NCBI GenBank assembly: GCA_965213675.1
Contig: OZ243916.1
Coordinates: forward strand, 224,001 to 288,000
Direction of reading: 5' to 3'
DNA: 64,000 nt
Origin: an uncultured Candidatus Binatia bacterium
Lineage (GTDB): Bacteria > Desulfobacterota > Binatia > UBA9968 > JAJDTQ01
A program made the position numbers and the translations under genes. Numbering within the stretch: position 1 is the stretch's first letter; each line of letters opens with the position of its first letter. The notes under the pieces were generated by a model. It had not been told where the DNA came from and made no database searches. It worked only from the letters and a program-made list of their open reading frames with translations. This document shows, piece after piece, positions 51,875-64,000 of this stretch.

Positions 51875-52075
51875 ATGACCGGTGTTCGAATCAAGGAAAA
51901 CGAATCCATCGAGAGCGCCATCCGGCGCTTCAAGAAGCAGTGCGAGAAGGCCGGAATCCTGGCGGAACTGCGCAAGCGGGAACACTACGAGAAGCCGAGC
52001 GTCAAGCGCAAGAGAAAGGCCATCGCAGCCAAAAAGCGTGCCATGAAGCGCGCCCGAAGCCACCAGTGGTACTAG
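51875..52075 (+). CDS. rpsU: 30S ribosomal protein S21
   Basis: [31 protein letters not shown]. Confidence 0.96.
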   Translation: MTGVRIKENESIESAIRRFKKQCEKAGILAELRKREHYEKPSVKRKRKAIAAKKRAMKRARSHQWY

Positions 52076-52143
52076 GAGCTTGCGCCGTAGGGACGGATGA
52101 GAGCGGATTCGCAGCCGTGAATTCCAGCGGCGCAAGCTCCTAG
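52072..52143 (+). mobile_element. internally deleted F2 element (72 bp)
   Basis: Perfect 16-bp inverted termini CTAGGAGCTTGCGCCG; left CTAG contains the rpsU stop. Confidence 0.85.
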
Positions 52144-52271
52144 GGTCCACGCAACTGCGACTGGGAGTTTCGGACGCCGCAATGGCAGGGCCGGATGAGC
52201 GCGGCGGCTCCATGGAATCCATGGAGCGTGCCTCGCGGGCAGCGGATCCCGGCGATCTTCGACAGGCCATT

Positions 52272-52802
52272 GTGAACATCGTAGACGCAGTGTTGGCAGC
52301 GGTCCTGTGCGTGTTTGCCGTCAGAGGCTACGCCAAGGGACTGTTCCGGGAGGTATTCGCCTTGCTGGGCCTTTCGGTTGGCCTTATCGTGGCCGTTCGG
52401 TATTACGACCAGGCCTCCCGCTGGATCGACTTCTGGCCCTACTCTCCGTTCATCCTCCAGGCCATCTTCTTCATCATCTTCTTCCTTTCCATATACATCA
52501 GCCTCAACTGGGTGGGGTACCTGCTCCACCGATCCGCCGACCGTTTGTTTCTCAGCGGCTTCAACCGCTTCGGGGGCGTCCTGGCGGGCGGCGTCAAGGG
52601 GGCGGTGTTTCTGGGAGTCCTTCTTTTCCTCGCCATCTCGGAGTCATGGGTCCCGCAAAGACTCCATCGACCGGTGGGGGCGGCCGCACTGGTCGGCCCT
52701 CTTTACCAGGTCGGGGAAGCGGTGACCTCCCTGGGTAGATCCTTCACGGGCGTCCGATGGAGCCCGGGTTTCGCGTCGAGGGTTCCTCGGGACGGAGTAT
52801 GA
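52272..52802 (+). CDS. cvpA: CvpA family membrane protein
   Basis: NIVD....RGY.KGL.RE, NR.GG.L.G..KG. Confidence 0.85.
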   Translation: MNIVDAVLAAVLCVFAVRGYAKGLFREVFALLGLSVGLIVAVRYYDQASRWIDFWPYSPFILQAIFFIIFFLSIYISLNWVGYLLHRSADRLFLSGFNRFGGVLAGGVKGAVFLGVLLFLAISESWVPQRLHRPVGAAALVGPLYQVGEAVTSLGRSFTGVRWSPGFASRVPRDGV

Positions 52803-54577
52803 TCTCTGATCGGACCACTCAAGCGGTTCGCACACGGGCCTCCATCGTGGAGGTGGTCTCCGATTACGTCACTCTCAAGAAGGCCGGCCAGAACTACTCG
52901 GGACTGTGTCCCTTCCACTCGGAAAAGACGCCTTCCTTCACGGTCAACGAGGAGAAGGGCGTCTTCCACTGTTTCGGGTGCCGGGAGGGGGGCGACGTCT
53001 TCAAGTTCGTCATGCTCTACGACGGGCTCACCTTCCCCGAGTCCGTGGAGCGGCTGGCGGAGCGCTACGGCATTCCCATCCAACAGTCGGGGCCGGGGGG
53101 CGGCCGGCGCAGCGAACTCTTCCGCCTGAACGAGCAGGCGGCGGAGTGGTTCCACGGACGGTTGCTGGATGCCGCCCAAGGGACCCGGGCGCGCCATTAC
53201 CTCGAGAAGCGCGGCGTGGACGAATCCTTGTGGCCGCGTTTTCGTCTTGGCTTCGCGCCGCGAGGCGACGGCCTGGGGGCATGGTTGCGGCACCGGGACG
53301 CGGCGCCCGGGGATGCGGCTGTGGCGGGCCTCCTGGTGGAGCGGGAGCAGGGTCGTTTTCGCGACCGTTTCTTTGATCGGGTGATCTTTCCCATCACCGA
53401 GCCGGGCGGCAAGGTCGTGGGCTTTGGCGGGCGCGTCATCGGCGACGGCGCGCCCAAGTACCTGAATTCCCCCGAGACGCCGTTGTTTCACAAGAGCGCC
53501 CAGGTCTACGGCCTGAAGCAGGCCCGGGACGGCATCCGCGCCGAGGACCAGGTTGTGGTGGTGGAAGGCTATCTTGACGTGCTTGCGCTGGCGCAGTACG
53601 GCGTGACCCATGCCGTGGCCACCCTGGGGACGGCTCTGACCGTGGATCACCTGCGCCTGTTGGCGCGCTACACCCGCAATGTCACCGCGCTGTTCGATGG
53701 CGACGCGGCCGGCCGCGCCGCCGCCGCCCGCAGCGTCGATGTGTTTCAGCAGGCCGGCCTGTGGGGACGGGCCGCCTTCCTGCCGGGCAACGAGGATCCG
53801 GACACGTTCGTCCGCAAGCACGGAAAGGATGCGCTGGGAAGCGTGTTGAAGCGCGCCGTGCCCGTCGTGGACTTCTACCTGGACTGGCTGCGGGAGCGCC
53901 ACGGGACGAGTCTCGAGGGCAAGAGCCGTTCGGCCGCCGAAGTAAGCCGGATCCTTGCCAGGGTCACCAATCCCAGCGACCGCGACCTGCTTGCCCGCCG
54001 CGCCGCGGATCTCCTGGGCGTGCGCGAAGCGTCGTTGCGCCAGCATGCCGGCGACGGCGCGCGGACGCCCGCCCACGACCGCGCCGGCGCGGGCCGCCCG
54101 GCGCCGGCGGCCGCTGGCCGCGGAACACTCGGCGACGACCGCGCGGAGGTGTCGCTGGTGGCGCTGATGCTGCGCTTTCCGGCGGCGGTGACGGCCCTGC
54201 GGCGGGAGCCCATGGACAAGCTCGTGAGCGAGAAGTGGCGCGACGTGGTGGGGCGGATATTCGAGATCGCCGGTGCGGACGGGGATGTGGATGTGGGCGC
54301 CTTGACCGAGGGATTGGCGCCGGAGCTGACCTCGGCGGTGACGGGATTCGTGTTGCAAGGGCAGGCGTTCGCCGAGAGCGAGCGCGAGCGAATGACCCGG
54401 GACTGTCTCCTGTTTTTGAAACGGCGTTATCTGAACCGGCTTGATCGGGAGTTGTGCAGAGCGATTCGCGTTGCCGAAGAGACTCGCGATGACGCCGTCA
54501 AGAAAGAGAGGATGCGGCAATGGCAGGAGGTCATGCAAAGGAAACTCCGCTTGGAACGCGCGCTGCCGGGCTTGTAG
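52799..54577 (+). CDS. dnaG: DNA primase
   Basis: [40 protein letters not shown]. Confidence 0.96.
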   Translation: MISDRTTQAVRTRASIVEVVSDYVTLKKAGQNYSGLCPFHSEKTPSFTVNEEKGVFHCFGCREGGDVFKFVMLYDGLTFPESVERLAERYGIPIQQSGPGGGRRSELFRLNEQAAEWFHGRLLDAAQGTRARHYLEKRGVDESLWPRFRLGFAPRGDGLGAWLRHRDAAPGDAAVAGLLVEREQGRFRDRFFDRVIFPITEPGGKVVGFGGRVIGDGAPKYLNSPETPLFHKSAQVYGLKQARDGIRAEDQVVVVEGYLDVLALAQYGVTHAVATLGTALTVDHLRLLARYTRNVTALFDGDAAGRAAAARSVDVFQQAGLWGRAAFLPGNEDPDTFVRKHGKDALGSVLKRAVPVVDFYLDWLRERHGTSLEGKSRSAAEVSRILARVTNPSDRDLLARRAADLLGVREASLRQHAGDGARTPAHDRAGAGRPAPAAAGRGTLGDDRAEVSLVALMLRFPAAVTALRREPMDKLVSEKWRDVVGRIFEIAGADGDVDVGALTEGLAPELTSAVTGFVLQGQAFAESERERMTRDCLLFLKRRYLNRLDRELCRAIRVAEETRDDAVKKERMRQWQEVMQRKLRLERALPGL

Positions 54578-54579
54578 CC

Positions 54580-56373
<1,794 letters not shown>

Positions 56374-56448
56374 CCTCCTGCCGTGGGGCGCCGGCCGGCC
56401 TCCCCGGCGCGCACATCGCGCGAATCATCCGGCGCGCAGATCATTTCC

Positions 56449-56522
56449 GGGCCCATAGCTCAGTTGGTTAGAGCCACCGGCTCATAACCGGTAGGTCCCT
56501 GGTTCGAGTCCAGGTGGGCCCA
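56449..56522 (+). tRNA. tRNA with CAT anticodon, probably tRNA-Ile2 (lysidine); CCA not encoded
   Basis: GGGCCCA/TGGGCCC acceptor stem, CTCATAA loop, GTTCGAG T-loop; typical position after rpoD. Confidence 0.92.
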
Positions 56523-56640
56523 CTCATTCCGTCCGCAACCGGGGCCGGTCGAGCCTCCGGGGCGGCAACGTCCACGTGGTGAACGGCCCGGCCATCGCCA
56601 AGGACCGGCCCGAGGAGATTCCGCCGGCCGTGCTCGACGC

Positions 56641-57843
56641 TTACGGCCGCGCGGGCTCTGGCAGGGGGGCGTCGTCGGATCGAATGGCGAAGTAGATGAG
56701 CAGGGCGGAGGACAGCAGGATCAGGCTCATGATCTGCATGAAGCCGTCGTAGGTGCCGGTGTAGTCGAAGTAGACGCCGGCGAGGAAGGGGCCGCTGGCG
56801 GAGCCGATCTGGTGCACGATGAAGCTCAGGCCCATGATGAGTCCGGCGAGGCGCGGTCCCACCATCTCGAAGAACATGACGTTCTGGATGGCGATGGTGC
56901 CGAAGGTCGGCCCCATGGCCAGCGCCACCACCAGGTAGAACACCAGCGGGTCGGACATGTCGAAGGACATGAGCAAGGTGCCGACCCCGCGGCAGACGTA
57001 GGTGAGGGCCAGCACCTGGGCGCGGCCGTAGCGGTCCGACAGCCAGCCGAAGGTCACCGCGGACACCGCGGCGGCGATGCCGAAGACGGACACCGCGACG
57101 GCTCCGGTGGCGTGGTCGAAGTCCTTGCTCAACGCGATGCCCACCAGGTGCACGCTCTGGAACAGGGCCACGCCGCACGAGAAGCGCGCCAGGAACAGCA
57201 GGATCATCGTGCGGTCGCGCAAGTAGGGCAGGCAGCTCGACCAGGTCGCGCGTTCCCGCCGTTTCGTGGTGGCGGGATCGGGATCGCGCGCCCCGATCCA
57301 TCCGAAGGGAAGGGCCACGCCCAGCAGCAGCGCCCCGCAGGCGAACGCGGCGATGCGCCAGTCGTGGTTCCCGATGAGGAAGTACAGCAGCGGCGCCAGA
57401 AAGAACGGACTCAGCGGCGAGGCCGTCTGCACCACGCTCACCACCAATCCCCGTTTGTCGGCTTCGTAGTGCTTCGCCACCAGCAGCGAGATGATGACCA
57501 GTCCGCAGGCGCCCTTGGCCATGCCGGTCATCATTCCAAAGGTCAGGCATAGCTGCCACAGGTTCTGGGACAGGCCCATGCCGATGAAGCCCCCGGCCAT
57601 GAGGAGCACGCCGCCGAGGATCACCGGGCGGGTCCCCAGGTCGTCCGCCATTTTCCCGAAGAACACCCCGCCGATGCCCCAGCCCAGCATGGCGAACACA
57701 TAGGGGATCGTCGCCACCGAACGCGACCAGCCGAAGGTCTCCTCGATGGGCGTGAGGAACAGGCTGTAGGCGTTCATGCTGATGGACGTGATGACCACGA
57801 CCGCGGCGGAGAAGACGACGATGAGGACGCGTGGCATTCGCAT
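56641..57843 (-). CDS. MFS transporter
   Basis: 12 TM segments; GKMADDLGTR and GWLSDRYGR. Confidence 0.9.
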   Translation of the reverse strand: MRMPRVLIVVFSAAVVVITSISMNAYSLFLTPIEETFGWSRSVATIPYVFAMLGWGIGGVFFGKMADDLGTRPVILGGVLLMAGGFIGMGLSQNLWQLCLTFGMMTGMAKGACGLVIISLLVAKHYEADKRGLVVSVVQTASPLSPFFLAPLLYFLIGNHDWRIAAFACGALLLGVALPFGWIGARDPDPATTKRRERATWSSCLPYLRDRTMILLFLARFSCGVALFQSVHLVGIALSKDFDHATGAVAVSVFGIAAAVSAVTFGWLSDRYGRAQVLALTYVCRGVGTLLMSFDMSDPLVFYLVVALAMGPTFGTIAIQNVMFFEMVGPRLAGLIMGLSFIVHQIGSASGPFLAGVYFDYTGTYDGFMQIMSLILLSSALLIYFAIRSDDAPLPEPARP

Positions 57844-58054
57844 GAATGTCTCAGGGGCAGGTCAGCAACGATGAACCGAGCGAAGTCGAAGGGCGCCCTT
57901 CGGCGCGGCGTTGACGCGACCGAGGCCCCCGGCAGTCCGTTGCCTCGTCGCCAGCGCGGGTTGGCGCATCACGCGAAGTGCCCGCGTTCCCGGTAGAAAT
58001 ACGCGCCGCCGGGATGGAGGGGCGCGTCGAAGGGAGCAATGAATCCGGGTCTCC

Positions 58055-59143
58055 CTAAAGGGCGTAGAGCGCCTTGGGATTGTGGTACAGGATGTTGTCC
58101 TTCCGCTCCTGGCTGACGTCGTCCATCTTCTTCAGGTCGAGGATGGCGTCCATCTCGCTGGACGGGTCCGTATGGCCGTAGTCGGTGCCAATGACGAGGT
58201 TGCCCTCGCCCGAGTACTTGAGGACGTAGGGTATGTCGTCGTTGGTCTGGCAGGTGACGTAGATGCCGTACTCGGCGAACAGGTCCCTGGGGAACTCGCG
58301 CCCGGCCGCCTGATAGCGGTTCTCGCTCTCCAGGTAGATCCACGGGACCCATTGGGACGATGCTTCGATGAAGCTCCAGCGGAGGTCCGGGAAGACCTGG
58401 GGAATCTCGCTCATGATGAGTCCCAGGCACGACGTCACCGTGGGCGCCCGGAACATGGCGAAACGGCCCGCGGTGGTGGGGCGATAGGTGTCGCAGTTGG
58501 CGGGGTTGCCATTGGCGATATGCACCGCGATGGCCAGATCCAGGTCACTGGCCACCTGGTAGATGGGATAGAAATACGGGTCGCACATGTCCCGGTCCCC
58601 CTCCAGGGGCCGCATGCACACGGCCACCGCGCCGTCCTCCTTGGCCTGCCGGATCTGCGCCGCGGCCTCGTCCAGCGCCAGCACCGGCACCACGCAGGAC
58701 CAGCGCAGCCGGCCTTCGCTCTGCCGGTAGATGTCCCCGAGCCACCGGTTCCAACTCCGGCACAGGGCGGCCTCCACGTCCGGCTTGGTGGTGATCTGCT
58801 CGATCCAGAAGGTGTTGTGGAGCACCTGGACGTCCACTCCAAGCTTTTCCATGTGGTCGAGACGAAGCTGCACGTCGTCCAACTCGCGCGCGGCCTGGGG
58901 CGACTCGACGTTGCGTCCGAACTGGTCCGACAGGTCGCGCAACTGCTGCTCGCTGTAGGTGGGGAAGCGGAACCCGCGGATCTTCTCGTCGATGACCCAG
59001 TACTGGAGCGTGGGCTCCTGGGGCGAGGAGAAGAGCGACGGCCGGAACTTCTGCTCCGAAGGCTCCAGATAGTCCCACGTGCGCTCCGTCTCGATCACAT
59101 GAGCGTCCGCATCGATAACCGGAAGGTGTTCCTGACTTGACAT
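58055..59143 (-). CDS. amidohydrolase family 2 protein
   Basis: IDADAHV.E, AVHI, FIEAS..WVP, GTDYGH.D; AGGAG RBS. Confidence 0.88.
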   Translation of the reverse strand: MSSQEHLPVIDADAHVIETERTWDYLEPSEQKFRPSLFSSPQEPTLQYWVIDEKIRGFRFPTYSEQQLRDLSDQFGRNVESPQAARELDDVQLRLDHMEKLGVDVQVLHNTFWIEQITTKPDVEAALCRSWNRWLGDIYRQSEGRLRWSCVVPVLALDEAAAQIRQAKEDGAVAVCMRPLEGDRDMCDPYFYPIYQVASDLDLAIAVHIANGNPANCDTYRPTTAGRFAMFRAPTVTSCLGLIMSEIPQVFPDLRWSFIEASSQWVPWIYLESENRYQAAGREFPRDLFAEYGIYVTCQTNDDIPYVLKYSGEGNLVIGTDYGHTDPSSEMDAILDLKKMDDVSQERKDNILYHNPKALYAL

Positions 59144-59369
59144 GGCGGTTCTCCTTGACAAGAGGCCCGGGCGCTGCCCGGGGGCTGGCTGTCCGGCGCC
59201 GCTCGGCGGCCACCGGCGCTCAACCGTCAAATTCGACCAAGAACAGGGGTTTGTCAACCGGCGAGGCTCACTTGTTGGCGGAAAGCGAACATGTCTCCCT
59301 TCCTGCAAGGCGGAAACGTCCCCGCTCTGGCGGGCGCCTGCGTGCGGCGCCAGGAGCCCGTGGGGGTGA

Positions 59370-61047
<1,678 letters not shown>

Positions 61048-61051
<4 letters not shown>

Positions 61052-61212
61052 TGTGGTGTCTGGTTAATTCGCGTCATAATCTGCGGGTCTTTTTCGCCGT
61101 CGGCTACGTTGCTCTTCCTCGCGTGGTACACGCCACTGCTCGTCATCGCGCCTTGCCGACAACAAAAAATCCTCCGCAGATTATGACGCGAATTAACCAG
61201 ACACCACACTAG
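61048..61212 (-). mobile_element. F1 MITE-like element, copy 5 (165 bp)
   Basis: Perfect 39-bp terminal inverted repeat; left CTAG contains the HAD gene stop. Confidence 0.92.
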
Positions 61213-61372
61213 TAGCTTGCGCCGCAGGACTTCACGGCTGCAAATCCGCTCTCATCCGTCCCTTCGGCCGCTCGATCTCGTCAAATCTGACCTGATATTC
61301 TCCTCAATCGACCAGCCGAAGGGACGGCGATAGCGAATTTTCGCTTTCGCGAATTCCTGCGGCGCAAGCTCC
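61209..61372 (-). mobile_element. F2 MITE-like element sharing a CTAG with F1 copy 5
   Basis: Reverse-complement homolog of 47984-48144. Confidence 0.85.
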
Positions 61373-61535
61373 ATGGCGCGAGTCAGGTTCTCGGCCAGGC
61401 GGCTGAAAAACTTCCCGCGACGGCAAGGCTCGTGGCGTCGCGGGCTCGTCGCTCATGGGGCACAGAGTGGCGGAACGCGGGCGTGATTTGCGCAGTATTG
61501 TCCAAGACGGTAGAAAATAAGACGAGGAGGGACCG

Positions 61536-62093
61536 ATGATACTCGAACCGCAAGTGACTTTCCGCGACATGGAGCCCTCTCGCGCCATCGAACAGGCCAT
61601 ACGAGAGAAGGCGGCCAAGCTCGATCAGGTCCATGACCGCATCACCGGCTGTCGGGTGGTGGTCGCGGCGCCGCACCGCCACCACCAGAAGGGGCGGCTC
61701 TACCACGTCCGCATTGATCTGACGGTGCCCGGTGGGGAGTTGGTGGTGAACCGCGACAGCGACGGGGCGGCGGGGCATCACGACATCCAGGTGGCGATCC
61801 GCGATGCCTTCGACGCCGCGCGCCGGCGTCTCCGGGAATACGCGCGCCGCCGGCGCGGCGAGGTAAAGACGCATTCGGTGGCGCCGCCGGCGCGGGTCAG
61901 CAAGCTCTTCGCGGCCGAGCGCTACGGTTTCATCGAGACCAGCGACGGGCGCGAGATCTATTTCCACGGGAACAGCGTCGTGGACGGCTTCGATCGCCTG
62001 GCGCTGGGGACGCGCGTCCACTTTACCGAAGAGGAGGGCCAGCAAGGCCCGCAGGCCAGCACGGTGCGCGTGGCCCACGGATCGTCCGCGTAG
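61536..62093 (+). CDS. HPF/RaiA ribosome-associated protein fused to a cold-shock domain
   Basis: QVTFR.M..S.A.E..I...CRVVV..PH; C-terminal YGFI.T.DG.EIYFH.NSV. Confidence 0.85.
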   Translation: MILEPQVTFRDMEPSRAIEQAIREKAAKLDQVHDRITGCRVVVAAPHRHHQKGRLYHVRIDLTVPGGELVVNRDSDGAAGHHDIQVAIRDAFDAARRRLREYARRRRGEVKTHSVAPPARVSKLFAAERYGFIETSDGREIYFHGNSVVDGFDRLALGTRVHFTEEEGQQGPQASTVRVAHGSSA

Positions 62094-62164
62094 GCCACGG
62101 CCCTTTTCGCCTGTGGTGCGCCGCCGGCGACGCTGGGTCACGCCGATGCGGACCGGAAGGATTC

Positions 62165-63694
62165 TCAGTCGTCCAGGTTGAGTCCCGAGACCGTGGCGCG
62201 GAGCTTCCTCAGGGCGCGCTGCTCGATCTGGCGGATGCGCTCCCTGGTGAGCGAGAAGCGCTCGCCCAATTCCTCAAGGGTGTAGTCCCGTACCTCGCCG
62301 ATGCCGAAGCGGTAGCGCAAAACGGCTTCCTCTCTGGGAGGAAGCGTGGCCAGCGCCTTCTTGACCTTGTCACGCAGGTTGGCCTGAATCGTCTCATCCA
62401 GGGGTTTGGGGACATGCTTGTCTTCGACGAAGTCCCCGAGACGGCTTTCCTCGTCGTCGCCCATGGGGGTTTCCAGCGAGACAGGCTCCTTGACGATCCG
62501 CATCAGTCTGCGGATTTCCTCCGCAGTCTGTCCCATTTCGGTGGCGAGCTCATCCGGCTGCGGTTCCCGTCCGAGTTTGCGGTGCAGTGAACGGTGTGCG
62601 CGGATGAGCTTGTTCCGGGTCTCGATCATGTGCACCGGGATGCGAATCGTCGGCGCCGAGTCAATGATCCCGCGCGTGATGCTCTGCCGTATCCACCAGC
62701 CGGCGTAGGTGGAAAAGCGGTACCCGAGCCGGTAGTCGAACTTCTCCGCCGCGCGCATGAGCCCGACGTTTCCTTCCTGAATCAGATCGAGAAACTGCAG
62801 GCCACGGTTGCCGTACTTCTTGGCCAGGCTCACCACGAGCCGCAGGTTGGCCTCGATGAGGATCTTCTTGGCCGACGCGGCCTTGTGTTCGGCGGCGGTG
62901 ATGGCCTCCACCTGACGGGCGATGTCAGCGGCGGAGGACCCCAGGGACTCTTCCACGGCCTCGATTTCGGCCGCGATTCGCTTGGCGGCGCTTCCGCGGG
63001 TATGGGTGCGGGCCCGTTCTGCCAGTTCCGACAGCGTCCGGTGCGACTCCTTGAGGCTCACGCCGACCTCGTCGATCCACTCCTTGGCCAGGCGCAACCC
63101 CTTCACCGTGTCGATGACTCGCGCGCACTTCTTGTCCAGATCGACGGCCAGGGCCGCGCGCCGTTTCTGGGAGGTTCGCTTCCGCGCCATCTCCGCCTGC
63201 ATGCGCTCCCGCTCGCGCACGAGCCCGCGCATCACCGTGACTCCCTTGAGGAAACGCCGCCGCTCGGCAGTCTCGTCAAACGCTTCGCCGTCGTCGCCAG
63301 CCATGAGCACGCGGTTCAAGGGAGTTTCGTCGGCCTTGATCTTCTCGGCCAGATCCAGCACGCGCTGGACGGTATAAGGAGCGGCGATGACGCTGGCGAC
63401 GTACTCATCCTGGCCCTCCTCCATCTGCATGCCGAGCTGCACCTCGCGCTCGCGGGTCAGGAGTGGGGTGGAACCGATGTCGCGCAGGTAGAGGGAGACC
63501 GGGTCGGTCTTGTCGTCCACCCGTTCGGTGTCCACCGGCACCTGGGCAGGAGAGGACTCCTCGGGAAAGGTCGCGGGTTGCTCCTCTTCCTCGACTTCTC
63601 CGATGGCGATGTCGTCAAGCTCGCCGATCGAGTCGTCCATCGCGTCCTCGGTGTCTTCGATGTTCAAGGCTCTCTCCATCATTTTGGCTTCCAC
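62165..63694 (-). CDS. second RpoD/SigA-like sigma-70 factor
   Basis: [48 protein letters not shown]; no clear region 1.1. Confidence 0.9.
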   Translation of the reverse strand: MEAKMMERALNIEDTEDAMDDSIGELDDIAIGEVEEEEQPATFPEESSPAQVPVDTERVDDKTDPVSLYLRDIGSTPLLTREREVQLGMQMEEGQDEYVASVIAAPYTVQRVLDLAEKIKADETPLNRVLMAGDDGEAFDETAERRRFLKGVTVMRGLVRERERMQAEMARKRTSQKRRAALAVDLDKKCARVIDTVKGLRLAKEWIDEVGVSLKESHRTLSELAERARTHTRGSAAKRIAAEIEAVEESLGSSAADIARQVEAITAAEHKAASAKKILIEANLRLVVSLAKKYGNRGLQFLDLIQEGNVGLMRAAEKFDYRLGYRFSTYAGWWIRQSITRGIIDSAPTIRIPVHMIETRNKLIRAHRSLHRKLGREPQPDELATEMGQTAEEIRRLMRIVKEPVSLETPMGDDEESRLGDFVEDKHVPKPLDETIQANLRDKVKKALATLPPREEAVLRYRFGIGEVRDYTLEELGERFSLTRERIRQIEQRALRKLRATVSGLNLDD

Positions 63695-64000
63695 AATTTC
63701 GTTACGCCGCGGGTCGAAAGGCCATGCTCCTTCGAACCGAAAGGCAAACCAACCGTCCAGAGGTTAAAAATATCCGCCGTCCTCGCGATGACATTGACGC
63801 GAGTTCAACATCATCGAAGGATCGGCGGATCCAGCACAAATCTGAAATGGTATGTTGAGACAGTCCTTGGGGACTACCAAGATCAAGCAACGCGACTAAG
63901 CACTCGTCCTTGAGGAAAGCCAGCAACAACCTAAGCTATCACTGACAAGGATCGTTGTCAAGCACGCCGCGGCGATCATGTATGAATCTGGCGGGGAACG

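Noticed and set aside
56523-59143. Integrated island at the tRNA 3' end
   Set aside because: No integrase and no duplicated tRNA 3' end seen; downstream genes have host-like composition.

Overview
High-GC bacterial window, probably from a Deltaproteobacteria/Desulfobacterota-like lineage. That placement is an inference from the ftsEX-envC-S41-xseAB-tlyA-rpsU-cvpA-dnaG-rpoD-tRNA(CAT) gene order and the many LLM, CoA-transferase, amidohydrolase and TPP paralogs. It holds housekeeping genes (ileS, lspA, metH, pepP, adk, cell division and macromolecular-synthesis operons), scattered catabolic enzymes and transporters, a 2564-aa repeat-rich surface protein with an adjacent TbpB-like lipoprotein, and a second RpoD-like sigma factor. 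The most striking unexplained structure is non-coding. At least two families of ~160-bp inverted-repeat elements (F1, F2) occur as more than 10 full, partial or decayed copies. They sit at (C)TAG sites that are often the amber stop codon of the neighbouring gene and they stack into each other. Despite unrelated termini, they share a strand-specific GACGA/GAGGA internal-loop core that could form tandem G.A pairs. No transposase is present in the window. Start codons were adjusted by eye and are approximate. No database searches were run.
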